64,000 bases of DNA from an uncultured Chlamydiales bacterium (GTDB lineage Bacteria; Chlamydiota; Chlamydiia; Chlamydiales; JAAKFR01), in contig OY969414.1 in NCBI GenBank assembly GCA_963699155.1, positions 64,001-128,000 of the forward strand. The letters run 5' to 3'. Shown here in pieces: positions 18,338-29,217 of the stretch. The translations under genes were made by a program, and so were the position numbers. Each line of letters begins with the position of its first letter. Positions within the stretch are counted from its first letter, which is position 1. The notes under the pieces were generated by a model. It did not search any database, was not told the DNA's origin, and was given only the letters and a program-made list of their open reading frames with translations.

Positions 18338-19885
18338 ATGGCGCGCGCTAAAGGCACTTTTTCTCCTTTGAGAGCCTATTTCTGGCCGATCCACTCCTAT
18401 GAGCTGCGCAAATTTCTGCCTCTGTTGGCAATGGCCTTCTTCATCGGATTTAATTACAACATCCTGCGCAATATGAAAGATGCCCTGCTGGTCACTGCAG
18501 ACCATTCGGGGGCAGAGGTCATCCCTTTCATCAAAGTCTGGGGAATCGTGCCGGGCGCTCTCCTTCTCACCTTCATCTACAGCCGGCTCAATAACCGGTT
18601 GAAGCGCGACCACGTCTTCTCTGTGATGATCGTGATCTTCCTCGTCTTCTTTGCTCTCTTTACCTTCTGCATCTATCCTCTGCAGAATGTGATTCATCCT
18701 CACCAGACAGCCGACCTTCTCGAAGCCCACCTCCCAAAAGGCTTCATGGGGCTGATTGCGATGTTCCGTTACTGGACCTTCAGTAGCTTCTACATCATGT
18801 CAGAGCTCTGGAGCTCGACCGTTTTGTCGATGCTCTTCTGGGGATTTGCCAATGAGGTGACTCGCATGCAGGAAGCGAAACGCTTCTATGGCCTCATCGC
18901 GATCGGCTTGAACGTCGCCGCCATCACTTCAGGCCAGGTCTCCTACTTCCTCTGCAGCACCCTCTTCAAATTAAACATTTCCTTCACAGCTAATCCTTGG
19001 CACCAATCGGTGATTCTTCTCACAACTGTGGTCATCCTCTCGGGACTCGCCATCCTAGGCATCTTCAGATATATCACCCGCGAGCTCCTTTCAAGAGAGG
19101 GCCACGAAGATGTCAGAATTATTCGGAAAGAGAAGATTAAAATGTCGATGCGCGAGAACTTTGCCATTCTCGGGCGCTCCAAATATCTCCTCTCGATCGC
19201 GATCATCGTTTTAGCCTATAACCTGGTCATCAACCTCGTCGAGGTAATCTGGAAAGATCAGGTGCGTCAGCTCTATCCCGACCCCAACCATTTCAACGCC
19301 TACATGAGTCAGATCACCACGATCACCGGCATCATCTCTTTCTTCACCTCTCTGCTCATTTCGGGACAGTTGATCCGCAAATTTGGCTGGACCCTCGGCG
19401 CTCTGATCACCCCTCTTATCCTCCTAGTAACCTCCTGCGCCTTTTTCTTCTTCTTTGGTCGTGATAGCATGGCAGGCGCATTGGCAATTCTCGGTACCTC
19501 TCCCTTAGCTCTCGTCGTCTTCTTTGGCTCTACGCAGAACTGCATTTCGAGAGCCTCCAAGTTTACCCTTTTTGACGCGACCAAAGAGATGGCCTTCATT
19601 CCGCTCAGCATCTCAGATAAGCTAAAAGGGAAAGCTGCTATCGATGGCGTCGGCTCCCGCCTCGGCAAGTCGGGCGGCTCGCTCATCCACCAAACCCTGC
19701 TCGTCGCCTTCTCTTCGATAGCCGCCAGCGCCCACATCGTCGCCGGCATTCTCTTCCTCGCTATCTTCTTCTGGATCGGCGCCGTCCTCTCCCTCGGCCG
19801 CCAGTTCAATGCCCTCCCCCATGCGCAACCCACACCCACACCCACACCCGAAAAACCAGCTCCCGAACTCGCCTCCGCCCCCTAG
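18338..19885 (+). CDS. npt: Nucleotide transport protein (ATP/ADP translocase, Npt/Tlc family)
   Basis: NYNILRNMKD, GAEVIPFIKVW, SELW, FWGFANE, DATKEMAFIP and KGKAAIDGVGSRLGKSGG motifs. Confidence 0.95.
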   Translation: MARAKGTFSPLRAYFWPIHSYELRKFLPLLAMAFFIGFNYNILRNMKDALLVTADHSGAEVIPFIKVWGIVPGALLLTFIYSRLNNRLKRDHVFSVMIVIFLVFFALFTFCIYPLQNVIHPHQTADLLEAHLPKGFMGLIAMFRYWTFSSFYIMSELWSSTVLSMLFWGFANEVTRMQEAKRFYGLIAIGLNVAAITSGQVSYFLCSTLFKLNISFTANPWHQSVILLTTVVILSGLAILGIFRYITRELLSREGHEDVRIIRKEKIKMSMRENFAILGRSKYLLSIAIIVLAYNLVINLVEVIWKDQVRQLYPDPNHFNAYMSQITTITGIISFFTSLLISGQLIRKFGWTLGALITPLILLVTSCAFFFFFGRDSMAGALAILGTSPLALVVFFGSTQNCISRASKFTLFDATKEMAFIPLSISDKLKGKAAIDGVGSRLGKSGGSLIHQTLLVAFSSIAASAHIVAGILFLAIFFWIGAVLSLGRQFNALPHAQPTPTPTPEKPAPELASAP

Positions 19886-19897
19886 TCTTAAATTCAG

Positions 19898-20071
19898 ATT
19901 CAACGCAAAGACGCCAAGACGCCAAGACACAAAGAAGGAGGGTACGCGAAGCGCTCTTCTTTCTTTGCGCCTCTGCGTCTTAGCGTCTTTGCGTTGAATT
20001 TTGAAGAAGGCTTGGCGTCTTTGCGTTGAATTTTAACGAAGGGTTGGCGTCTTAGTGTCTTTGCGTTGAAT
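19898..20071. repeat. REP-like palindrome family A, copy 2 (19898-19999) plus two extra right arms
   Basis: attcaacgcaaagacgccaag...gggtacgcgaagcgc...gtctttgcgttgaat, then gtctttgcgttgaat arms ending at 20031 and 20071. Confidence 0.88.
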
Positions 20072-20098
20072 AAAATGGAAAGTTTTTCCTAGCGCGTT

Positions 20099-20608
20099 TT
20101 ATTGGGTGAGGGAGCGGCGGTAGCGGATCATTAGCTCGAGGAAGGCTAAGCCGGCCATCGCCATGAAGATGATGTAGACATAGGAGGGAAAGACGAAGTT
20201 GAGGGTGAGGCCGATGAGGACAACGAACTGAGCAACGGTGGTGATTTTGCCCCACCAGATCGCCTTGACCTCGTAGTTGGTCCATCCACGGACGAGACCG
20301 AGGAAGAGGCCGAAGAGGCAGATGGAGGCATCACGGGAGAGAAGGGCGCTGAGCTCGAAGAAGTTGATCTTCTCTTCCAGAAAGAAAATGCCTCCGGCGA
20401 AGAAGACGAAAAATTTATCCATGATGGGATCTAAAACAGCGCCAAACTGAGTGGTCATGCGTTGGCGGCGTGCCAGATAGCCATCGAGAAAGTCTGTCAC
20501 CATCGCCAGGATAATTGCAAGGAGGCGAATATAGGGATTGCTTTGAAGAAAGGCAAGTGCGAACCCAGCTCGAGAAAGTGAAAGGACATTAGAAAAATTA
20601 AGAATCAT
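20099..20608 (-). CDS. pgsA: CDP-alcohol phosphatidyltransferase (PgsA family)
   Basis: TDFLDGYLARR..TQFGAVLDPIMDK signature. Confidence 0.88.
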   Translation of the reverse strand: MILNFSNVLSLSRAGFALAFLQSNPYIRLLAIILAMVTDFLDGYLARRQRMTTQFGAVLDPIMDKFFVFFAGGIFFLEEKINFFELSALLSRDASICLFGLFLGLVRGWTNYEVKAIWWGKITTVAQFVVLIGLTLNFVFPSYVYIIFMAMAGLAFLELMIRYRRSLTQ

Positions 20609-21213
20609 GACTCGGTGGGCAGTTTATTACGCTTAATTCTTTTATACCAAATTAAACTTATCAATGCGACAAGAAATAAAGAAAAGATGACTATATTCGC
20701 GTATTTAACAAAATAAGAACAATTTTTACCACAAAAGTAGGCGAGTAAAAAGAGAGTCATGTTAGAGCAGAAGCAGGCGATGCCATCCGCTAATAAAAAT
20801 TTCCCGAAATGCATTTTCCCCATCCCAGCGGATGCAAAGAGGCAATTGCGAACTCCAAAGGGGATGAAACGGCCTACAAGTAGGGTGACGGAACCATATT
20901 TTTGATAGTATCTCTCAATCTTTTCCAATTTTTTAGGATGAAAGACCCGAGCAAACCAGCTGATTTTCCATAATTTAGGACCGAAATAGCGGCCCATCCA
21001 ATAGACAACCCAGTCGGAGATGTAGGCGCCGAGAAAAACCCCCAAAAAAAGTTTCAATGTATTCTCTGGCACGACCGTGCTGGCAAGAATGCCCGAGATA
21101 ACGATCAGGAGATCCTCACTGATGGGAACATTTAAGCCTGCCAGCATCAGGAGGCCAAAGACCACCCAATGGGCATATTGAGCATGGTCGACAATAAAGG
21201 GGATAAGATCCAT
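20605..21213 (-). CDS. DedA family membrane protein
   Basis: PISED, SDWVVYWMGR and GRFIPFGVR motifs. Confidence 0.88.
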   Translation of the reverse strand: MDLIPFIVDHAQYAHWVVFGLLMLAGLNVPISEDLLIVISGILASTVVPENTLKLFLGVFLGAYISDWVVYWMGRYFGPKLWKISWFARVFHPKKLEKIERYYQKYGSVTLLVGRFIPFGVRNCLFASAGMGKMHFGKFLLADGIACFCSNMTLFLLAYFCGKNCSYFVKYANIVIFSLFLVALISLIWYKRIKRNKLPTES

Positions 21214-21295
21214 AATCCGAAAGATTTTAACAAAGTTGTGCTTAACTAGAAACAATAGTTTTCCAAAAAAGAAAACTTATGTAACCTGTTCCGTT

Positions 21296-22324
21296 ATGAA
21301 ACCTATCAATGAATCCGTTTTTATCAGTTCCGTTCGCGCCTTTTTCGTCACCCTGTTTGGGGCTCTCGGCATCGGTGCAGCCACTCTCGCCATTATTCTC
21401 TCCTATGTGCTGATTGTAGCCGGAATCAAGGAGGAATCGCTTCCTTCTAATGTCAAGGTCTTGGCTGATGCCTCGGGGAGCCGCAAGAAATTGAGCTCGA
21501 GCCATCCCGTCATTCTCGAAATTAGTTTTGATGGTGAAATCGGGAAAGATAAGCTGACTGGTAAGAATATTGAGGATCTGCTACTTGATACGCGCGAAGA
21601 TGCTCTGAAGGACCGGGTGAAAGGGATTCTTCTCGTCATTGACTCTCCTGGTGGTGGTGTCAACGACTCCGACAGGATCTATCGCCTTCTCAAAAAATAT
21701 AGAGAGCAATACAATATTCCGATCTATGCTTATGTCAATGGCTTATGCGCATCAGGTGGCTACTATATCTCCTGCGCCGCCAATAAAATTTATGCAAGCA
21801 ATATCAGCTTGATTGGATCGATCGGAGTTCTCTCCTGGCCCCCTTTCATGAATGTGACCGATACCATGAAGAAGATTGGGGTCAATGCTTTAACCTTAAT
21901 CGCAGGGACAGACAAAGATCAGTTGAACCCCTTCCGCGACTGGAAGCCAGATGAGCAGAAGCACTACCAATCGCTGATCAACTTCTTCTACAACGATTTT
22001 GTGCAGGTGGTCTCCCAGAACCGCTCCATTCCAAAAGAGAAAATTATCAATGAATTGGGTGCCAAAGTCTTCCCAGCTCCGGAAGCCATCTCTCTTGGAT
22101 TGGCCGATGTGGGTGAGAGTTCGCGTAACGAAACATTGACGGCTCTCGTGAATGCGGCTGGAATCAAGGATAAATACCAAGTGGTTGGTTATGAATCGGA
22201 AAGTTGGTGGAAAAAGCTGGTCAAAGAAGAATCGGACTCTCCGCTGCTCACAGGTAAAATTAAACATGAGCTCAGTTTGCCGACACACAACGGCAATCCG
22301 TTTAGCTTTATTTATCGTCCGTGA
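21296..22324 (+). CDS. sppA: S49 family peptidase (SppA/SohB)
   Basis: IDSPGG, CASGGYY and GSIGV motifs; N-terminal TM anchor. Confidence 0.87.
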   Translation: MKPINESVFISSVRAFFVTLFGALGIGAATLAIILSYVLIVAGIKEESLPSNVKVLADASGSRKKLSSSHPVILEISFDGEIGKDKLTGKNIEDLLLDTREDALKDRVKGILLVIDSPGGGVNDSDRIYRLLKKYREQYNIPIYAYVNGLCASGGYYISCAANKIYASNISLIGSIGVLSWPPFMNVTDTMKKIGVNALTLIAGTDKDQLNPFRDWKPDEQKHYQSLINFFYNDFVQVVSQNRSIPKEKIINELGAKVFPAPEAISLGLADVGESSRNETLTALVNAAGIKDKYQVVGYESESWWKKLVKEESDSPLLTGKIKHELSLPTHNGNPFSFIYRP

Positions 22325-22341
22325 CACGCAAAAAAAGAAAT

Positions 22342-22507
22342 TAGACCTCTTGCGTAACCTCACGGGTGTAGAAAAAGGAGGGATTTTTGTTTAGATTTTT
22401 TTCCTCCCCTTTTCGACATACTCAAATTGAGTAGGCGAAAAGGGGAGAAAAAAAAGATAAACGAAAAGACCCCTTTTGCTGCCGCGGGAGGTAATGCAAG
22501 AGGTCTA
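22342..22507. mobile_element. RPE-like palindromic element (about 166 bp)
   Basis: Ends TAGACCTCTTGC...GCAAGAGGTCTA; whole element is an imperfect hairpin (ctccccttttcg..tactcaa/ttgagta..cgaaaaggggag). Confidence 0.8.
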
Positions 22508-22531
22508 TTAAACTCATAACCTTAATCGCTC

Positions 22532-25195
22532 GTGACCCACTCTCAACAGAAGCTATTTGTACTCGATGTTTCGGGTTTTATTTTTAGGGCCTATTTCGCT
22601 CTGCCCCCTATGAATAACGCTCAGGGAGAGGCGACTCACGCTCTCTTTGGCTTTATCCGCTCAGTTTTGAAGCTGATCAAAGATTTCAGTCCGGAACATA
22701 TGGTGGCTGTCTATGATGGTCCCGACAATAAAAAGCAGAGGCAAGAGCTCTACGAGCATTACAAGGCGCACCGCACCAAAGAATACGAAGACCTTCCAGA
22801 GCAGATTGAGAAGTCGAAAGAGTTCTGCACGTTACTCGGGATCCCTCAGGTCGAAGTTCCCGGTGTCGAGGCAGACGATGCGATGGGCAGCATCGCTACA
22901 TGGGCTGCAGCAGCGGGTGCGGAGGTCTATCTCTGCACTAGCGATAAAGATCTGGCGCAGCTCGTCACAAACAAGATTTTCGTCCTAAACCCTTGGAAAG
23001 AAAATCTCATCCTAGATGCTGCCAAAGTGGAGGAAACGTATGGGGTGCCACCAAAGCAGATCGTCGATCTTTTAGCGATCATGGGAGATAGCTCAGACAA
23101 TATCCCTGGCCTCTCCGGTTTTGGTCCCAAAACGGCCGTGCCGCTGCTCAAAGAGTTTGGATCACTGGAAAATCTTCTCGCCAATCCGGACAAGGTCAAA
23201 GGGCCGAAAAAGCAGGAGATGCTGCGCACCGAAGCCGAGCTGGCCCGTTTGAGCAAACAGCTCGCGACCATCTCTATCCAGGTCGATTTCCCCAAAGATC
23301 CGAACTACTTTGCCATCGCCAAGCCCAATCTCTCTGCACTGAAAGCCTTCTATCTCGACATGGACTTTGCCACCCTCGCGCGTGAGCTGGAAGCGGTCCC
23401 AGAGGTTGAGGAAAAAGTGGCCTACCACTTGGTCGATAGCCCGCTCGCCCTCCATCAGCTGGTGCAAACTCTGAAAAAAGCCCCTGAGATCGCTTTCGAT
23501 GTGGAGACGACTCACATCCGTCCCATGCGTGCCGCACTCGTCGGAATCGCCTTCTCAATTGCAACCAAAGAGGCCTACTATGTTCCCTTGAATGGTGAAC
23601 TGGACCGCAAACTAGTTTTAAATAGCCTCAAACCCCTCTTTGAAGATCCGACGCTCAAATTTATCGGCCATAATGCCAAATATGACCTGCACGCGCTTGC
23701 CAACGAAGGCATCGCTGTGGCCCACTTGAGCTTTGACACCATTCTAGCCTCCTACTTACTCAACTCCTCCAGTCGCCGCCACTCTCTCGATAACCTTGCA
23801 CTCCTCTATTTTGGAAAGGTGAAAACGCCGATCAAAGCGCTGATCGGAGTGGGAAAAAAGGAGATCACGCTTGACCAAGTTCCGATCCAGAAGGTGGCCG
23901 ATTATGGCTGCCAAGATGTCGATTATACGCTGCGACTAAAGCAGCTCTTTTCTCAGCAGCTCAAAGAGCGGGGACTCGAAAGCCTCCTTTATGATCTTGA
24001 GCTTCCTCTCACCTACCTTCTCTTCAAAATGGAGCGCACCGGCGTCTTTGTCGATCTCAAATCGATCGCTAGCTTCACCCAAGAGGTCATTCACGATCTC
24101 AAAAAGATCGAGGAAGAGATCTATGTTTTAGCTGGCGAAAGCTTCAATATCAGCTCTCCCAAACAGCTCTCGACGATCTTATTTGAAAAGATGGGGATCA
24201 AACCCCTCAAGAAGACGGCGACAGGCCATTCAACCGATGCCGATGTTTTGGAAGCACTCGCCGTGGAACACACCATTGCGAAAAAAATTCTCCAGTTCCG
24301 TTCGCTAGAAAAGCTGCGCTCAACCTATCTAGAGGTCTTACCGAACGAAATCCACCCAGAAACGCACCGGATCCATTCCACCTTTAACCAGTTTATCGCA
24401 GCTACGGGCAGATTAGCCTCCCAAGATCCCAATCTCCAAAATATTCCCGTGCGTACCTCCCAAGGGAAACGGATCCGAGAAGCCTTTCATCCTCAAGAGG
24501 CAGGCTGGAGCTATCTATCAGCCGACTATTCTCAAATTGAACTGCGCCTTTTAGCCCACCTCAGCGGTGATGAGAGTCTGATTGCCGCCTTTCGTGGGGG
24601 AGAAGATATCCATGCCTTTACCGCTTCCCTTGTCTTCGGCACCCCTCTCGAAGAGGTCAGCCCGTCGCAACGCTTCCAAGCCAAGGCGATCAATTTTGGC
24701 ATTATCTACGGCCAACAGGCTTATGGCTTATCCCAAGAGATCGGGGTCGATGTCAAAACAGCCCTCGCCTTCATCGAGAACTACTTCATCCGTTATCCCA
24801 AAGTCTTGGAATATGTCAATACCTCGATCGAAAGGGCGCGCAAAGAAGGAAAAGCTGTCACGATGATCGGAAGAGAGCGGGAAATCCCCGAGATTTTGAG
24901 CTCCAATTCCATTTTGCGCAGTGCCGCGGAAAGATTGGCCATCAATACCCCGCTGCAGGGTAGCGCAGCCGATCTGATTAAGTTAGCGATGCTCGAGATC
25001 GACCATCTCCTCAAAGAGCGCCACCTCCGCTCAAAAATGGTCATGCAAATCCATGACGAGTTGATCTTTGAAGCTCCCGATGAAGAGCTCGAGGAGCTCC
25101 ATGCTCTCGTAAAAAAAGGGATGGAAGGGGTCTTTGAACTGCAGGTTCCTCTCGTTGTCGACATCAATATTGGCAAAAATTGGGCGGAGTGTTAA
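22532..25195 (+). CDS. polA: DNA polymerase I
   Basis: 5'-3' exonuclease (EADD, GDSSDNIPG), 3'-5' exonuclease (FDVET) and polymerase motifs (ADYSQIELR, KAINFG, IHDEL). Confidence 0.97.
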   Translation: MTHSQQKLFVLDVSGFIFRAYFALPPMNNAQGEATHALFGFIRSVLKLIKDFSPEHMVAVYDGPDNKKQRQELYEHYKAHRTKEYEDLPEQIEKSKEFCTLLGIPQVEVPGVEADDAMGSIATWAAAAGAEVYLCTSDKDLAQLVTNKIFVLNPWKENLILDAAKVEETYGVPPKQIVDLLAIMGDSSDNIPGLSGFGPKTAVPLLKEFGSLENLLANPDKVKGPKKQEMLRTEAELARLSKQLATISIQVDFPKDPNYFAIAKPNLSALKAFYLDMDFATLARELEAVPEVEEKVAYHLVDSPLALHQLVQTLKKAPEIAFDVETTHIRPMRAALVGIAFSIATKEAYYVPLNGELDRKLVLNSLKPLFEDPTLKFIGHNAKYDLHALANEGIAVAHLSFDTILASYLLNSSSRRHSLDNLALLYFGKVKTPIKALIGVGKKEITLDQVPIQKVADYGCQDVDYTLRLKQLFSQQLKERGLESLLYDLELPLTYLLFKMERTGVFVDLKSIASFTQEVIHDLKKIEEEIYVLAGESFNISSPKQLSTILFEKMGIKPLKKTATGHSTDADVLEALAVEHTIAKKILQFRSLEKLRSTYLEVLPNEIHPETHRIHSTFNQFIAATGRLASQDPNLQNIPVRTSQGKRIREAFHPQEAGWSYLSADYSQIELRLLAHLSGDESLIAAFRGGEDIHAFTASLVFGTPLEEVSPSQRFQAKAINFGIIYGQQAYGLSQEIGVDVKTALAFIENYFIRYPKVLEYVNTSIERARKEGKAVTMIGREREIPEILSSNSILRSAAERLAINTPLQGSAADLIKLAMLEIDHLLKERHLRSKMVMQIHDELIFEAPDEELEELHALVKKGMEGVFELQVPLVVDINIGKNWAEC

Positions 25196-25795
25196 GATCG
25201 GAAGTAGAAGTATCAAGAAAATCGCTGTAACAGGCGGGATAGCATCTGGCAAAACAACAGTTTGCCGACTATTTGAGGAGCTCGGCGCTTATTATGTCAG
25301 CGCCGATGAGATTGTTCATCAGCTCCTTGTCCCTACAACAGACCTTGGACAAAAAGTGATCGCTCTCCTTGGCGACGACATTGTTGTAGGTGAATCGCTG
25401 AGCCGAGAACGGATCGCTCAAAAGGTATTTGATGATCCCCAACTGTTGCGAACATTTGAAAAATGGATTCATCCAGAAGTTCAGAGAGTAATCGATAGCA
25501 AATATAAAACCATCTCTCCTCAGAAATATCCCTTATTCGTCGCAGAAGTGCCGCTTCTCTTCGAAGCCCATCTGGAAGGCCATTACGATCTGGTGATCGT
25601 TGTGAAGGGAGAGGAAAAAGTCTGCAGAGAGAGATTCGACCAGCAATTTAAAGGTGAATACACCCGAAGAACTCAGAGACTGATGCCGATCGAAGAAAAA
25701 ATCCAAAAAGCCGCTGTCGTGATCGACAACAACGGCACCTTAGAAAATTTACGTCAAAACATTCAACCCCTATTCATTGCTTTGAAGGAAAACTT

Positions 25796-25799
<4 letters not shown>
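25170..25799 (+). CDS. coaE: Dephospho-CoA kinase (start uncertain)
   Basis: AVTGGIASGKTT, SADEIVH, IHPEV and EVPLLFE motifs. Confidence 0.92.
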
Positions 25800-27217
<1,418 letters not shown>

Positions 27218-27273
27218 TGTCATAATTTTTCGATTAGCTCATTAATTCTTAATATTTTATAATATTTTCCATC

Positions 27274-28790
27274 ATGGCTAATGGAATTCCTCCCACTTCA
27301 TCAAATTTCCCCTTATCGATGGAGTTGTTTGTTGCAGTTGTAAAAGATTTACCGATCACAGACTTGGCGCGAAGCTGTCTCGTCTGCACAACCTGGAAAG
27401 CCTGGATCGATAGCTTAGATCTTAGGCACCGGGTCGTTACACTCTTAACAACGGAAGGCGTCGATAAAAAAGGGTCTCTTATCCATATGATCAACTGGGC
27501 GGCCACCAGGAATTTACCTCTAGCTATTCTGTTAGCGCAAACTCTGCCCAATTTGGATGAGTTATTGGAGAGGCTACCTAACTACTTACAGAGCTTAGCT
27601 CAGGTCCGACCCACTTTAGCTCTCCAATGAGATATCCCAGAGAAGCAGGAAAATCTCAATTTCTTGCTGCTGCGCATGCGGCGGATGCGGCCAAAGAAAA
27701 AGTTGAGGCTTCTGATTTGCCGCCCGAAAGTCGTGCAGAGAATCTACGCTGGGTCAAGCACTTCATCAGTAAGATCAAGAATCCTGTTGAATACCTTTCA
27801 CTCAAACTCAAGTTTGCCGGACGATTGGCAGCTATCGATCCCGATGAGGCGTGGATCATGTTTGCCAAGACAAAAGATGATCTGCTCATAGCAGTAGAGG
27901 GAGGGTCACCCTCTTTCCAACAACTTTTGGATTCTCTTCCGCTGACCGAATTCGAAATCTTGCTCCAGATGGCAAAAAGGAAAAACCCAGACCAAGTCCT
28001 TCTCTTTGCGCAACGTCTTCTTCCTGAAATTAAAGGCAAGCTGCTGATCGAAGCGATCCGTCGGCTGGCTATCGCAGAAGCCTCTGTAAAGTTAGAGAGG
28101 GCCACGAAAACTGCTCAACTGCTTGAAAAAATCATGATGGCCGAAGACTACCGGATGCTCATGATCGATCTTGCCAAAATCTACGCCCCATTTGATTCTT
28201 CCAAAGCAAAAAATATACTGAGTGAGCTCCGAGCAAAAACATCTCCTATAGAGGAGAAGATTCACCATGCCATTTTAGTCGCCTCCGTCGAATTAGAACC
28301 TGATCTAGGTTTAGGTATCGATGCGGCATTCGCTTCCGCTTATTCCTTTGAAGAACCTGTAGAGCAGATCGATGCTCTCCTCATGTTGGCACACCTAAAT
28401 CCTCAGGCCCTCGAATTTGCCAAAGAGATCAATAAAAACATGAGCTTGGATGGAAGTGTAGGGAGGGTTTTTGAGATTGCTTACAAAGTACTCGATATAG
28501 ACCCTGAACAAGCCATCATCATGGGAGCGACTTCTGATTCTTATCTACTGGGATATTTAGAAAGGATTATCCAAAAGCTGGCACCTCAGAATCTACCATT
28601 AGCCGCACTCCTCTCTTTGGCAACATATAACCTTCGATTAACAAGACCAAGCCTTCTCCCAGCTGCCATGCGCCACAACCCGACCATCGCCAAAGAGCTC
28701 ATCGAAAGACCCCCTTATGATGACTTCATCAACTCTCTTGATGAACTAGCTGATGCCCTCTTTGCCATCGTCGATGGCTCAACCCATTGA
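27274..28790 (+). pseudogene. F-box-containing helical effector-like gene split into 27274-27630 and 27627-28790
   Basis: F-box-like LSMELFVAVVKDLPITDLARSCLVCTTW; downstream part colinear with the 32594-34426 locus. Confidence 0.6.
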
Positions 28791-29035
28791 ACTTAAAGAG
28801 AAAATTCCTTATTCATCACCGATCAAACGGGCCATCCCTACATTGCACACCAGACTCTCAGTGGCTCGGCAATTGGCGCCGTTGGGAGTGGCAGCGGCCC
28901 ATTGAGGGCCACGAACGACCTTCGGCGCCCCCACCCGCGCCTGTGACCGAGGCGCAGCCGAGTGTCGCAGCGACGGGCCGGCGCCGTAGGCGCGCGCGAG
29001 TAAACCGATTTACTCGCTTCTCTCCTCACGTTGTT

Positions 29036-29123
29036 CGGAAAGAGAGGGATTTGAACCCTCGATACCCTTTAGGGGTATGCGTCCTTAGCAGGGACGTGCT
29101 TTCGGCCACTCAGCCATCTTTCC
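29036..29123 (-). tRNA. tRNA-Ser(GCT)
   Basis: Reverse complement GGAAAGATGGCTGAGTGGCCGAAAGCACGTCCCTGCTAAGGACG...GGTTCAAATCCCTCTCTTTCCG; long variable arm. Confidence 0.93.
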
Positions 29124-29217
29124 AGATATAAATGTCCATCATAGGGAGCTTTTTCATTTTCCTCAACTTGGGAATTTGGATTGAATCTTCGGGAGGAATC
29201 GGCTATTTTTCTCGGTC

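Noticed and set aside
19898..20071. Repeated gtctttgcgttgaat units as a possible CRISPR array
   Set aside because: Units are arms of a dispersed palindrome, spacers are short and irregular, and no cas genes are in the window
27218..29123. Integrative element or prophage at tRNA-Ser (or tRNA-Leu)
   Set aside because: No integrase and no duplicated tRNA 3' end (att site) recognised by eye
28787..29131. 114-aa Arg/Pro-rich ORF
   Set aside because: It spans the GC-rich hairpin island and the antisense of tRNA-Ser; likely spurious
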